Shown: positions 1-12,800, numbered from the stretch's first letter. The stretch: DNA of 64,000 nucleotides from Cyanophora paradoxa CCMP329 (GCA_004431415.1 QPMI01000139.1:13143-77142); one strand, 5' to 3'. Notes: a model not told the origin generated them from the letters alone. Numbers and translations are program-made.

Positions 1-3
1 ACG

Positions 4-1367
4 ATGCAGAGTGCGCGCGCAGGCTGACGCACCCGCCTCCCGCAGCCGCGGCGGTCGTCGCACAGCAGAAGTCGCGTTTCGTCGCGGGCCAGACCGTCGG
101 CAAGCGCGCCTTCTTCGGTCGCGCGCAGCAGTTCGCCGCGCCCGTGGCTGGCCCGTCCACCCAGGCCGTCAAGCCGATTTCGATGGCGGCGGTGCGCGAG
201 GGCGGCGGGGAGCGGGGCGGGCGGGGCTGAGGGGCGGGGCGCAGTCGATCGAGGAGCTGAAGAAGCTGGCGGCGGAGAAGGCGGTGGACATGTACTTCAA
301 GGACGACATGGTGGTGGGCCTGGGCACCGGCTCCACGGCGGCCTACGCCGTCGCCCACGTCGGCAAGCGCCTCAAGGAGGGCTCCCTCAAGAACATCGTC
401 GCCATCCCCACCTCCGAGCGCACCTACGAGCAGGCCAAGAGGTCCCCGCCCCGCCCCGCCCGCCGGCCGCCCCAGCTCACGCCGGCGCAGCCTCGGCATC
501 CCGCTCTCGACGCTGGACATCCACCCCAAGATCGCCGTCACCATCGACGGCGCCGATGAGGCCCGCCCGCCCGCCCGCCGGCCGGCGCCGCCCCGGCCTC
601 GCTGAGGGCGGGGGCAGGTGTGCCCGAAGCTGGACCTGGTGAAGGGCCGCGGCGGGGCGCTGCTGCGCGAGAAGATGGTGGAGCTGGCGTCGGAGAAGTT
701 CATCGTCATCGTCGACGACACCAAGCTCGTCCCCGGCCTCGGCGTCTCCGGCGCCATGCCCGTCGGTCCGCCCGCCCCGCGCCCCGCCCCGCCCCGCCCG
801 AGCGCCCCCCGGAGCCGGCCGACGCCCCCGCGCAGAGGTCGTGAAGTTCTGCTGGGACTTCAACGCGCAGCGCATCCGCGAGGCGCTCGGCTGCCAGTCG
901 CAGCTCCGCGACACCGGCAACCGCGACGTCCGCCCCGCCCCCCGTCCCCCGCGCCGCGCGCCGGCGCCAACGGAGAGGGCGCAGGAGTACACCGTGTACG
1001 AGACGGACAACAGCAACTACATCGTGGACCTCTACTTCGACAAGCCCATCCCGGACTCCAAGAAGGCCGCCCAGATCCTCGACGTTCGCCCCGCCCCGCC
1101 CCGCACCGCCCCGCCCCTCGCCGACGCGGGGCTCGCGCAGAGCTACGTCGGCGTCGTCGAGCACGGCCTCTTCCTCGACATGGTGCGCGGCCCCGCCCCG
1201 GCCGCCCCGGCCCCGCCCCGGCCGCCCCCGCCCCGCCCCGCCGCCCTGCCGACGCGCGGGGCCGGCAGGCCACCTCGGTGATCGTCGCGGCGTCGGAGGG
1301 CGTGTACGAGCTCAAGCACAAGGACCCGAGCAACCGCAACTCCGAGGTCGTCAAGACCATGCTGTGA
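4..1367 (+). CDS. rpiA: Ribose-5-phosphate isomerase A, probably plastid-targeted, multi-exon
   Basis: Spliced reading gives [16 protein letters not shown] (joined across GC-AG intron 561-617), [20 protein letters not shown] and GVVEHGLF. Ala/Gln/Arg-rich N-terminal extension. The start may be the ATG at 4 or lie upstream of the window. Confidence 0.95.
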
Positions 1368-1803
1368 GCGCCGCCCCGCGGCCGCCCCCGCCGGCCATGG
1401 GCCCGCGCCCTCGCGCACCCCGGCCGGTCCCCCTTTGTAGTAATTTAATGAAGGCTTCTTGAACGCGTTCAATGCGCAAGCACTGCGGCGGGGGTCCGGT
1501 AGGCGTTAAGGAAAAGCGAGCGCATGAGCGGCGGGCCGGGGCCGCGCCGCGCGCGTGCATCGGCGCTTCATGAACCCGCAAGCGCACAAAAGAATTCATA
1601 TTGAAGCGGAACGTGATCTGGCTAGCGCTGGATCTGCCGTCAAGCGAGGCGAGTAGACGTCGGGACGCTCTACCCCTCCACCGGCGGGACCAGTTCAGCC
1701 GCCGAGCGTGCCGTAGGTTCGCCCCCGCGTTCATTTGGCCCACCGATATCGCACAGGTTGAATCCCCCCGCCCTTGCGGCGCCGCTGACCAACCGCCGCA
1801 GCC

Positions 1804-3107
1804 ATGGTCGTGGCTCTCTCAGCGAGACAGCGCGCAGAAAACCTCTTAGTGCTGCGTAGATTTGAAGAGGCGATTAAGATATCTTCCGACGCGCTCTGGG
1901 GTGCGCACGCGTCTCCCCAGCGTCGCCCGCCACTTCCGCGCCGCCGTGCTCACGCGCACACGTAGAGCGCAAGAACTTGCATGAGGCAGAGGAGACAACG
2001 GCATCGGCAACCCGCCGCCGGCGCTGCCCGCACTGCCATCTAAACTACGACGACGATGAAGTTCTCGACGGGGCTAGCGGCTGTGGCTGCGTTCCCTTCG
2101 TCTCCGTCGTACTGCAGAGCATGTTTGAGCTCGGGCGCGCGGCGGAGGTGACAGACTTCCTCGACGCGATCTACGGGCCGGGGGCGCTGCACAAGGGCGT
2201 GCTCCCCTTCCCCATCTTCGCCATGACGTGCGCCCCGCGGGCGCCGCGCACCTGCCGCGCGATTGGTTTCTCTTTCTTTTCCTGATCCTCTTTTATGGCG
2301 CAGGCTGTCGCTGATGGGCAGCAGCGGGCAGTACGAGGAGGCGGCGGCGGTCGGCGTCGCCGAGCTGGAGATGCTGCAGAGCTGCCAGTTCGAGCGCTCG
2401 GCGGCCGGCACGTTCCAGACGCGGCGGGTGCGGGCGCGCAACTGCGCGGCCAAGTTCGACACGCTGCTGGAGGTGCTGGTCAGCGGCGTGCTGCTGCCCA
2501 ACGGGCGCCTCCTGCAGGCGGAGCAGATCGTGCGCAACCAGGTCCAGGCCTCTCCCGAGGTCAAGCACGTGCGCCCCGCGCCCGCCCACGCGCCCGCCGG
2601 CGCGCCGGCGCCGCCGCCGCCGATGCGGGCGGCAGGCGCTGGAGGAGGCGATTGAGGAGGCGAAGCGGGGCCTCGGGGCGGCGCGGCGGGCCCCAGCGAG
2701 GCCGCCGGCGGGGCCGCCCCGGCGGGCCCGCTCGTGCGCGTCCGCAAGCGCCCCGAGGGCGCCCCGCTCCTCGAGGCGGCCGCCGCGCCGGCCCCTCCCC
2801 GGCCCCCTCCTCCTCGAGCCGGGGGCGGGGCGGGCGGGGCGGGGCCGGGGCGGGGCCGGGGGCGGGGCGTGTGCGCGGGGGCCTGGGGCGGCTGCTGGCG
2901 GTGCCGCGCTGGCTCCTCTCGTGGAGGTGCGCGGCGGGGGTCCTCTTCCTCGCCCTCGCCGCCCTCCTCCTCTGGCACCGCGCCCGCCGCGGCGCCCTCG
3001 CCCGCCGCGCCGCCCTCCGCTCCCTCCAGTCCCGCAACGCCACCGCCGCCGCCTCCTCGCCCTTCGGAGACTTCGTCAAGATGATGTTCAGCACCCTCTA
3101 CCTCTAG
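1804..3107 (+). CDS. PEX26/APEM9-like tail-anchored peroxin, multi-exon
   Basis: AENLLVLRRFEEAI, VLQSMFELGRAAEV, VLPFPIF and LLEVLVSGVLLPNGRLLQAEQIV parallel PEX26 as recalled (VQRVLLPLGCLSEAEELV). Single C-terminal hydrophobic helix AAGVLFLALAALLLW followed by basic residues. Confidence 0.6.
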
Positions 3108-3294
3108 ATCCCGCCCTGTACACCCTGTAAGTAGTCCCGCAGATCGGACAAGCCCTAGAGACCTCTTTTTGAAGGCTTCAGCGTAGTCAACTGGCGCGCG
3201 GCCCGCCCCCGCCCACAGCACGCGCGCGCACCAGAGCACCGCGCGCTCTCTGCTAGCTCTGCACACAAGCGCGGCTGGGAGGCGGGGCGGGGGC

Positions 3295-6200
3295 CTAGAG
3301 GGGGGTGCCGTCCTCGCGGATGGCGCCGGCGGCGACGGTGAGGAGGGCGTCGGGATCGACGCGGGCGCGGATGGCCTCGTTGACGCGCTCCAGCGGCAGC
3401 GCCGCCAGCAGCCCGGCGTACTCGTCCAGGTACGACACCGCCCGCCCCCGGTCCGCGTTCGCCAGGATCGCCCCCGCCAGGCCCCGCGTCGACGCCAGGC
3501 CGACCTTGTAGCCGCCCTGCGGGGAGGAAAGGGGGTGCTCAGCGTGGAGGCGGGGTGGCGGGGCAGGCGGGGGGTCGGGGCGGGGCTACCTGGAGGGTCT
3601 CGACGCGGGCGCGGAGCTCCTCCTCGGTGATGCCCTCCCGCGCCCACCGCCGCACCTCCTCCTCGATCGCCTCCCTGCCCCGCCCCGCCCCGCCACCTCA
3701 GGCACGAGCGACGCGTCGGGGGCGTGGGGGGCCGGGGGGCAGAGACCGGCCGGGGAGGACGTTGGCGGGGGCGAAGGAGGCGGCGACGCGGAGGTAGGCG
3801 TCGGCGCCGTCGTCGGCGGCCTCGAGGCCGGCGCGGATGCTGTACGTGAGGCCCCGCTCGTCCCGCACCCGCTGCACCAGCCGCGACGAGAAGTTGCCCC
3901 CCAGCGCGTACGCCCCGACCATCAGCGGCAGGTAGTCGGCGTGGGCGCGGTCGACGCCAACGGGGACGGCGAGGAGCGTCTCGCAGCTCGGGCGGTCCGG
4001 GATGGAGATGAAGGAGGCGGCGCGGGGGGCGCGGAGAGCGCGGGCGCCCTCCGGGTGGCGCACGGCGAGGGGCGAGGCGCGCCAGCCGCCGAAGTGCCGC
4101 GCCACGAGCTCGCTGACCTCCTCCGAGTCGACGTCGCCGACGGCCACGAGGTGCAGCGGGCCGAGGCCGTAGCTGGCGGCGTGGAAGGCCCGCAGGTCGG
4201 CCGCCGTCGTCGCCCGCGTCGCCTCCACCATCTCCTCGATCGACGCGCTGTGCGTCGGGTGCTGCCGCCCCGCCCCTGCGTCGGCGGAGGGAGGGCGCGG
4301 GGAGGGCGGGGGGGCGGACGTTCTCGGGGTAGAGGCGGCGGAGGAGGTCGATGGAGGCGCGGGCGCCCGGGGCGAGGCGGGAGCGCTCGAGGTCGGAGAG
4401 GGTGCGGGCGCGCAGCGTCTCGAGCTCGGCCTCGGGGAAGGCCGGCTCCCGCAGCTGCTCGGCGAGGAGCTCGAGGACGAGCGGCAGGTCTTCCCGCAGG
4501 CACCGCCCCGAGAAGGCGACGCGGTAGCCCCCGTCGTCGCCCAGCGAGAGCGAGGCGCCGCGGTCCTCCAGCAGCGCCCCCACCTCCAGCTTGCTCCGCC
4601 GCGCCGTGCCCCCCTCCAGCAGCTTCCCCGCCAGGTTCGCCTGCCCCCGGCCCAGCCCAGCCGGCGTCGGCGGGGCGCGGGAGAGGGGCGCGCGCGCGGG
4701 GGGCGCGGGGCCCGCACGAGCATAACGTTGGAGGCGGAGGAGAACTGGGTGCCCCCGAGGATCGAGCCGGCGATCGTCACGACGCCCTCCACGGGGGTAC
4801 GCATCGCGAAGACGCGCGCCCCCGGCACCGGCTCCGTCACCGCCACCTGCTCCGCGATCCCCTTCCCCGCCCCCGCCCGCTTCGGCGCCCTCGCCGCCGC
4901 CGGCGCCGCGCCGTTCGCCGCCGCCGCGCGGGCCGCCGAGGAGGAGGATGCGGCGGGCGGGGCGGGCTGGGGCGGTGCGGGGGCGACGGGGACGAAGAAG
5001 CCGGTGGTCATGATGTCCTCGTCGAAGACGAGGCGCGCCGCCGCCTGCACCTCCTCCCGCGTCACCGCCGCGATCTTGTCCTCGTACTCCGCCTGCCCCC
5101 CGCGAGCATGAGCGCGGGGCGGGGCGGGGGCGGGGCGGGGCGGGGCGGGGCGCGCGTAGAACTCCCAGCCGCCGACGGCGATGGCCTCGTTGAGGCCGCC
5201 GGCGACGGAGAAGGCGCCGTCCCGCGCGAAGGCCGTCGCCGCCCGCACCGCCGCCTTGGCCCGCGCCAGCTCCGCCTCCGTGACCCCCTCCGCCACCAGC
5301 CGCGCCTGCTCCGCCGCGATCGCCGCCTGCACCTCCTCGTGCGTCCGCCCCGGGGCCACGAAGGCGTAGGTGCGGAAGAGGCCGTTCTCGCGGAGGGGCG
5401 GGCAGGAGACGAAGAGGCGCGTGGCGATGCCCGTGTCCACGAGCGCCCGGTACAGCCGCGACGTCTTCCCCGAGCCCAGCACCTGCCGCCGCCCCGCTGA
5501 GACGGGGAGGAGGGGGAGGGCGGGGGCGGGGGGGCGGGGCGCACCTGGGCGAGGACCTGGATGGCGTGGGTGCTCTTGTCGAGGGCCGGCGGCGTCTTGA
5601 AGGCCTGCGCCACGATCCCGCTCTGCCCGACGCGCTTGACGACGACGTGCCGCGGGCCCGTCTGCTTCTCCTCCTCCGTGTAGGGGCGGGGGATGGGGTG
5701 CGGGGCCGGCCCGTGCTCCTTGAAGTGCTTCGCCACCAGCGCGAGGGCCGCCGCCGGCGTCACGTCCCCGACGACCGTGCAGCAGGCGTTGTTCGGGTGG
5801 TAGTACGTGTCGTAGAACTCCCGCAGGCGCTCCGTCGAGACGTTCTCGATGTCGGAGCGCCAGCCGATGGTGGAGTGGTGGTACCCGTGGGCCATGTAGG
5901 CGGCGGCCCACACGTGCTTGTCGAGAACCTGCAGCGGGCTGCCCCGGGGCGGTGTCGGCCGGGGCGGGGCGGGGCGGCGCGGGGCGGGGCGGACTCGTTG
6001 TCGCCGCGGTCGTACTCCTGGCGGACGACGCTCATCTCGGGACGGCGGTCCTCGTCGCGCAGGAAGGCGTGCCGCATGCGGTCCGCCTCCACCGCCACCA
6101 CCTTCTCCAGGTGCTCCACCGGCACCACCGCGTAGTAGTTCGTCCGGTCTGCAGCCGCGGACGCCACCGTCAGCCGCCGCCGGCGTGTCGCGCGAGGCAT

Positions 6201-7167
6201 CATGCGAGCGCAAGGACTCTGCGCTCACCGAGCCAGGTCGTCTGCGCGCGGGCGCCGCTCGGGTCGGTCGGGGCGGGGGGCCAGCGCGTGGGCACGGGCG
6301 GCGCATGCGCACGGCGTTCATCTGGGCGCCGATGTTCTGGAGGACGGTCCACACGCTCGTCCCCTTCTCCTTGTTGAAGTTGCGGCTCCCCTTGAACCTG
6401 CCGCGCCCCCGAGGCCCCGAGGCGACCCGCTAAGCCCGCGAGCCACGAAGCCGGCCCCGGGCTGGCGCGCGGGCGCACATCAGGTGCTCGAGGAGGTGCG
6501 TCGCGCCGGTGTGGCCCTGCGCCTCGTACCGGCTCCCGACCTCGTAGCTGCGCGCGGATCAAATCGAACAACGGGGGCCGGCTGGCGGCACGCACGTGAC
6601 CATGAAGAGGCCGACGGGGGCCGAGTGGTCGGAGAGCACGAGGACCCGCATTCCATTCGACTTCTGCCCGCGGCGCGTGAGCGCCCGGCGGCCCGGCGCC
6701 CAACGCGCTAGCGCTGTCATGTGCAGCTCGATGCGCACCATCAGGAATTCCTTGATACCCTTCAACTCCTTGACGAATTCGAAGTCGTCGGGGATGGCTG
6801 AGCGGGGCGCACGTGCAAGGTCATCATAAGACGCGACGTTAGGCGGCAGCCGGGGCGAAAGGAATCTACCTTCGGACGTCGACGCTTCGGCAGGAGCGGC
6901 GGGAGACGGAGCCTGCAGCTCACTCCTCGGCGCGCTCGTGCTTTTGCCGCTTCGGGTCGAGAAAACGGCAGCTGGCCGCAGGAGAGCTGGACCGGCTGAG
7001 CTGTAGAAGAGCGACTGACGAGAAGCGAGCCTGGCTGGACGATGCGCCCGGCGCGTGCTGAGCTGAGCAGGCCGCACGAGCCGCGCCGGCGCCTGTGCGA
7101 CGGCAACCCGTGCAACAGGGAGGCTCCGGACGGCCATCGCCGTAGCCGGTGTCAGAAACGCGTCCAT
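3295..7167 (-). CDS. M16 family zinc peptidase (single-chain, two-half bacterial type) with plastid transit peptide
   Basis: HxxEH motif GHTGATHLLEHLMFKGS, NATTWLDRTNYY, YYHPNNA, VRDERGLTYSI. N-terminus MDAFLTP... is Ser/Arg/Ala-rich. Many short introns; stop TAG at 3295-3297. Confidence 0.9.
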
Positions 7168-7363
7168 AGAGTGCTAGCTACAGGTCTGTGTGAGACTGTC
7201 GGCGTGCGCTCAATGTTTCACGTACTCCTGTCTTGTCCCCCCCTACTCCTGCTTAGCTGGCGACCTGCTTAAGCTTGCGAGCCCGAGGAAACCGAGGAAC
7301 CAGCACGCAAGAGTCTGCGCGGTTGAGCCTGCACGTCTGGCTGGGCCCCTGGAATCAAGCGTC

Positions 7364-9288
7364 ATGTCCGCCGAGCCAGCGGAGGGTAGGCCCGCCCAGA
7401 GCGAGCCAGCGGAGGGTAGCGGCGTGATACCTGAGAGCTCTGGCAACGCGGACGCGTCGAAGCCTGTTGCCTTTCCGTCGTCTTTCATCGCCTCGATGGC
7501 CGCCGACCTACCCAGCGATCAGGCGATGGCCGAGTGTGACAGACTCTTCGCTCATGGTACGTGCAAGCGCTACCGTAGTTGCCTGGAGCGTCGCTCAGGC
7601 GCCGTCCACGCAGGGGAAAGGTTGTACGCAAGCGGGGCGCAGAAGGACTACGAAGAAGCGAGAACCGTGTACCTCGTCCGCACCTTTGCAGAGCTCTGAT
7701 CCGCGGAGCCGCTTCGTTGACCTCTTTGCGGCGCAGAGCGCGGTGGCGCTGGCCCGCAGCAAGGAGCTAGTGTGGCCTCTGCTGCCGCGGGCGATCTCGC
7801 GATTGGCGCGCGTATGCATGCACCTGGGGCGCTATGAGGAGGGCATGAAGTTTCTGCAGACGGAGAAGTTCATGCTGGACGCGCTCCTCGTGCGGGCAGT
7901 CGAGCAGCGCTCCAACCCGGCGCCCGGCTCCCCGCGCTCCCCCTCGGGCAGCTTCCGCGCCGCCGGCTCGCCGCGCTCGCGGGGGGCGGAGGGCGAGGGC
8001 GGGCCGCTGAGCCCGCATCGGCTGAAGAGCGGGAGCTTCGGGGCGCCGTACCGGGTGCCCCGGCTCGCGGACGACCAGGAGGCCTCGGGCGGCTCCCCCG
8101 CGAGCGCCTCGCCGAGGGCCTCCTCCCAGCCCGCCTCCCCGGGGCGCGCCCCCGCACCGGCGCCCTCCGTGGCCGTCACAGCCGCCGAGGGCGACGAGGC
8201 GGGGGAGGCGGTGGAGGCGGGCGCGGCCGGGGAGCAGGAGGAGGAGCAGGGGGCGGGGGTGACGCTGGCGCTGCCGCCGCGGCGGGGCAAGATGTCGGCG
8301 GCCTCGTCGCTGGTGGACGGGGCGAGCTCGCACACGGACCTCACCAGCGAGGTCAGCGAGGCCGGCAGCGAGGTCCCCAGCGAGGGCACGGGTCCGCCCC
8401 GCCCGCCCCGCCCCGCCCTTCCGGGCCGTCGCGCGGGGTGCGAGGGCGGGGCGGGGCGACGGCAGAGTACGTGACTGCGATGGAGGAGAAGGCGGGGGCG
8501 TACGACAAGCTGGCGGAGATGTTCCTCTCGGACCGGCAGCACCAGCTCGCGTGGGAGTACGCGCAGAAGGCGATGCGCATCCGCGAGGAGATCTGCCGCC
8601 ACCCCGCCTGGCGCGGCGGCGAGGAGAAGGTCGAGACCATCGCCAAGGTCTACTTCGGCATCGGTACCCCCGCCCGCCCCGCCCCGGCCCCGGCCTGGCG
8701 CCCGGCGCGAGGCGGGGGGGTCGCAGGGGTGCAGAAGTACCAGGCAGCACTGCAGCGGTACCGCCGCTCGCGGTCGCAGATGGCGCGCCGTGCGCCGCCC
8801 GACGGCTCCCTCCCCGAGGGCGCCGACGGCGAGGAGGAGGAGGCCGCAGCCGAGGCCAGCTCCTACGCGCCCGAGGGCGAGGGCGACGGGGGGGCCGGGG
8901 AGGGCGGGGCCGGGGGGGAGGGCGGCGTGCGGCGGCGCGCGCGGGTCGCCTTCGCGAAGGGCGCGGAGGAGGAGGAGGAGGAGGAGGAGGAGGATGCGGG
9001 GCCGGAGGGGGCGGGGCGGCGCGGGAGCATGGAGAGCACGGGGGAGGAGGAGGAGGAGGAGGAGGCCGCCGAGGAGCGCCGCCGCGCCTCCATCCGCCGC
9101 TACCTCATCGTGCGCCCGTCCCCCGCCCGCCGCCCCCCCCGGCCTCGCGAGGGCGTGCGCTGAGGGGCGCGGGGCGGGCGCAGTGGGCGCTGGCGGCGGT
9201 CGTGGTGGGGACGGCCCTCGCCGTCTACCTCGCCTACAAGAAGACCCTCCGCCTCGTCGAAATCCACGGCGTACCCCTCCGCCCCTAG
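7364..9288 (+). CDS. TPR-like protein with acidic linker, RVxF motif and C-terminal TM helix (consortin-like)
   Basis: LLPRAISRLARVCMHLGRYEEGMKFLQTEK and YDKLAEMFLSDRQHQLAWEYAQKAMRIR helical repeats; RARVAF; terminal WALAAVVVGTALAVYLAY. Confidence 0.55.
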
Positions 9289-9422
9289 CGCTAGCCCGCC
9301 CCCGCGCGCACCCGCCCCGCCCCCCCACGCCCCCGTCCCGTCTCCAAGCGCGCGGCACGCTCGATTAGAAGAGAGAGGTTGGGGTCGGGGTGCGGGGGTG
9401 CGGGGCGGGGGCGGGGGCGGGC

Positions 9423-11149
9423 CTAGGTGCGGGGCGGGGGCAGGAGGCACATGGCGTCGCCGAAGGAGTAGAAGCGGTAGCGCTGCTCGAGGGCCTCCGC
9501 GTAGGTCGCGAGCAGCGCGCGGCGCCCCATCAGCGCCGACACCATCATCATCAGCGAGCTCTTCGGCAGGTGGAAGTTCGTCACTGCGCGCCGGTCGCTC
9601 ACCGGGCGCCGGCGCGGGGCGGTCGGGGCGGTGGGGCGGGGCGGACCCATGCCCTGGACGACGCGCCACTGGTAGCCCGGGTAGATGAAAATGGAGGTGC
9701 GCCCGAAGAAGGGCGCCAGCGGGGCGCTCCCCGCCACCCCCGCGCTCCCCGCCCGCGCCTCCGCCGCCTGCGCGGCGCCCTCGAGCGCCCGCGCCGCCGT
9801 CGTGCCCACCGCGATCACCCGCCCGCCCCGCGCCCGGCACGCCTCGATCGCCTCCACCGTCTGCGACGGCACGTGCACCCTGCGGCGAGGCGCGTGAGCG
9901 GGGCGGGGCGGGGGCGGGGCGGGGCGCGGGGCGCGCCGCTCGTCGTGCATGGCGTGCTGGGCGATGTGGGCCGCCTCGACGGGGCGGAAGGTGCCGAGGC
10001 CGACGTGGAGGGTGACGAAGGCGCGGGCGACGCCGGCGGCCTCCAGGCGCGCGAGCAGCTCCTCCGTGAAGTGCAGGCCCGCCGTCGGCGCCGCCGCCGA
10101 CCCCGCCTCCTTCCCGTACACCGTCTGGTACTGCTCCTGCGCCCCAGCGCCTCGCCCCCGCCCCGCGAGCGGCGGCGGGGCGGGGACGGGGGCGGCGGAC
10201 CCCGGCGGCGGTGCTCTGGGTGATGTACGGGGGCAGGGGCACCTTGCCGAGGCGCTCGAGGAGAGGCAGGAAGGGCTGCCCGGGGGGCAGCAGGAAGCGC
10301 AGCATGCGCCCGCCCGACGCCTCGTCCACCGACTCGATCTCCGCCGTCAGCGCCGGCTCCCCCGCACCCTCCGACTCTGCCCGTCCCGCCCCGTGTCGGG
10401 ACCCCGGCCGGGGCGGGGCGGGGGGCGCACCGAAGAAGCCGACGCGGGCGCCGGGGCGGAGCCTGCGGCCGGGGCGGACGAGGGCGAGCCAGAGGTTCTT
10501 CTCGCGCTCCTCCAGCAGCAGCACCTCGCAGTGCGCCCCCTCCGCCGCTACCGCCCCGCCCCCTCGCCACAGCGCCCCGCGACCCTCGCGGCGCGCGCAC
10601 CGGGGTCGGTCCTGCGGGCGGGCTGGGAGCCCGGGGCCGGGGGCAGCTTGCGGCCGTAGAGGCGGGCGGGGACGACGCGGGTGTCGTTCATGACGAGGAG
10701 GTCGCCGGGGCGGAGCAGCTCGGGCAGCTCGCGGAAGACGCGGTGCGCGAAGTGCGCCTCGCCGCCCCCGCCCCGCAGCGCCCCGTCCCGCCGCACGGCC
10801 CCCAGGTCGATCGCGAAGAGCCGCGAGGTGTCCCGCGGCACCGCCGGGTTCTGCGCGATCCGCTCCTCCGGCAAGACGTAGTCGTAGCTCGACAGGTGCA
10901 TATCCTCCTCCTCCTGCCGCACCGGCGGCGCCCCCAGCGGCGCCGCGCTCGACATGCGCGCAGCGCCCGGGCGATCAAGCGCCGCGGGCCTCCTCGCCGG
11001 CCTGCTCGCCGCCGCCTCGGATCTCGACGCGATCAGCGCTGAGCTGGCGCTGCCGGCGGCGAACGGTCGGGTCAGGCGGCGCGCGCCGGCCGCCGCTCCG
11101 TCGCTCGTAGTGGGAGGTAGCGCGTTCGACAGGAGGAAGGCGGCCGCAT
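9423..11149 (-). CDS. queA: S-adenosylmethionine:tRNA ribosyltransferase-isomerase QueA, intron-containing, probable transit peptide
   Basis: [84 protein letters not shown]. First in-frame Met at 10955; the upstream AAAFLLSN extension would start at ATG 11149 if one G is missing. Confidence 0.93.
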
Positions 11150-11570
11150 CGGTCCCGTCGCGCGTTCCGCCCAGCGCTGCACTGCACGGTGAGCGGGGGC
11201 GAGCTCGGCGGCGGCGGCGCGAATCCCGAACCTCGAGCCGAGCGAGAGAGAGCCGAACCACCGCGCAGCCCGATCCGCGCGCCGGCCAGCATCGCGGACA
11301 CAATACGGCTGTGGTCGGCGGTCAAGCCCTCGTGCAAACCTCCTTATCTCAGCGAAGCCGTAAGACGGTGTACGCAGCGTGGCGAAGTGCGGTCTCGGGA
11401 AGCCGCGCTCAAAGGGGGTACGCAGATCCCCCTTCGTTCAAACCCGAACGTCGCTACCGTTCGATCCCTTCGGCCAGCAGCCGCGCCACGCCCCTACGCG
11501 AGCTGCCAAAGCTGGAAGTTCTCGCAACAAGCGTTCTGGAGCTGGCAGCCAGCAGATACTAGTTGGCGCG

Positions 11571-12800
11571 ATGGAGGGTCTAGCAGGAACTTCGGCAGCC
11601 TCGGCCTCAGCGTGCCAGCCTCAGCATCAGCATTCGTGCGATGTTCTGGCTCGCCTGCGCTCATTGCCGCCCATGCCTCCTCAGCCAAACTCTGTCGCAA
11701 TGGCGCGACTGGTCGAGCCCGCCGCGAGGGCCTTCGTCAGCGACGTAGTTCGACGGCGCTGCAGTGCTCTTAAGCTCTGCGATGGAGAAGACTGCGAACT
11801 GGACCTGGCTGTCATCGGAAGGAGTTCTCCGGGTCTGGCGGGGTGGTCGTACCTGAACTGCTATCTGAAGCGTACCATTCGGTGCCCCGTTCACAGTACA
11901 AAGCTGCTTCACTTCAGGTAAGCGCTCGCGCGCTTTTCCGCTGCTCCGGACCCCCGTGACGCGAACCGTCGCTAACTTGCATCTCACCAGCCTGCAAGCT
12001 TCTGGCGAAGTCATCCTTAAGTGCACGGAGTCGACCCGGTGCGCATGGCAGAGCTTTGCGAATTCCGCACCGGCCCCGCTGACCACGTCGCGGCCTCGCG
12101 CAGCCGCCACTGCCTGTTCGCCGATCGGTTCAACGAGGACGAGGTGCTCCTCGCGAGCATCCTCTTCGAGTTCGGGTCCCTGGAGGACGTCACGCTCGAG
12201 ACTCTGCTCGGCGAGGAGGCCGCCGACTCGGTCGCCTCCGTCTCCCCGGCGCCGCTGCCGGCCGAGGCTGGGCGGGGCGCGGCGGGGGCGCGCGGGGCCT
12301 TCGCCTGCCTGGAGAGCGACGACGCGGTGTCGATCTGCTCGTCGTCCCTCGCCCCGACGCCCCTCTCGACCACCTCGAGCTGCGTCTCCGCCTTTGACTT
12401 CCCCACCCCGCGCGGGGACGCCCCCTCGCCCTCCTCCCCCCTCCAGCGCACCGCCTCCGCCGCCGCCTGCGCCGCGCTCCCGCCGGCCTCTCCCGCGCTC
12501 TCCATCCCCTTGGACGAGCTTCTCTGCCCCACGCCGGACGTCTCCGGCCGCCCCTCCAAGCGCCTGCGCTCGGGGGAGACCCCCGCGCCGGCCTCCGCCT
12601 CGCTCTCGCGCCACCTCGAGCTCTCCCCGCCCTCCCCCTTCGTCACCGCGCCCCTCTTCGATCGAGGTGCCTCGCACCCGCGCGCCCCCTCGCCCCACCC
12701 TCCTCCCCGCTCACGCCCGCCGCCCCGCAGAGGCCGACCCTTTCACAGTTCTCCCCTTCGAGCTATCCTTCTGAAGCCTGCCCGACATACGCAATTTTGA
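11571..12800 (+). CDS. Hypothetical protein with a Cys/His cluster and Ser/Pro-rich tail
   Basis: ATG 11571; GT-AG intron at ~11918-11990 joins RCPVHSTKLLHF-SLQASGEVILKC; an apparent frameshift leads into the downstream acidic frame (FNEDEVLLASILFEF). Confidence 0.45.
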
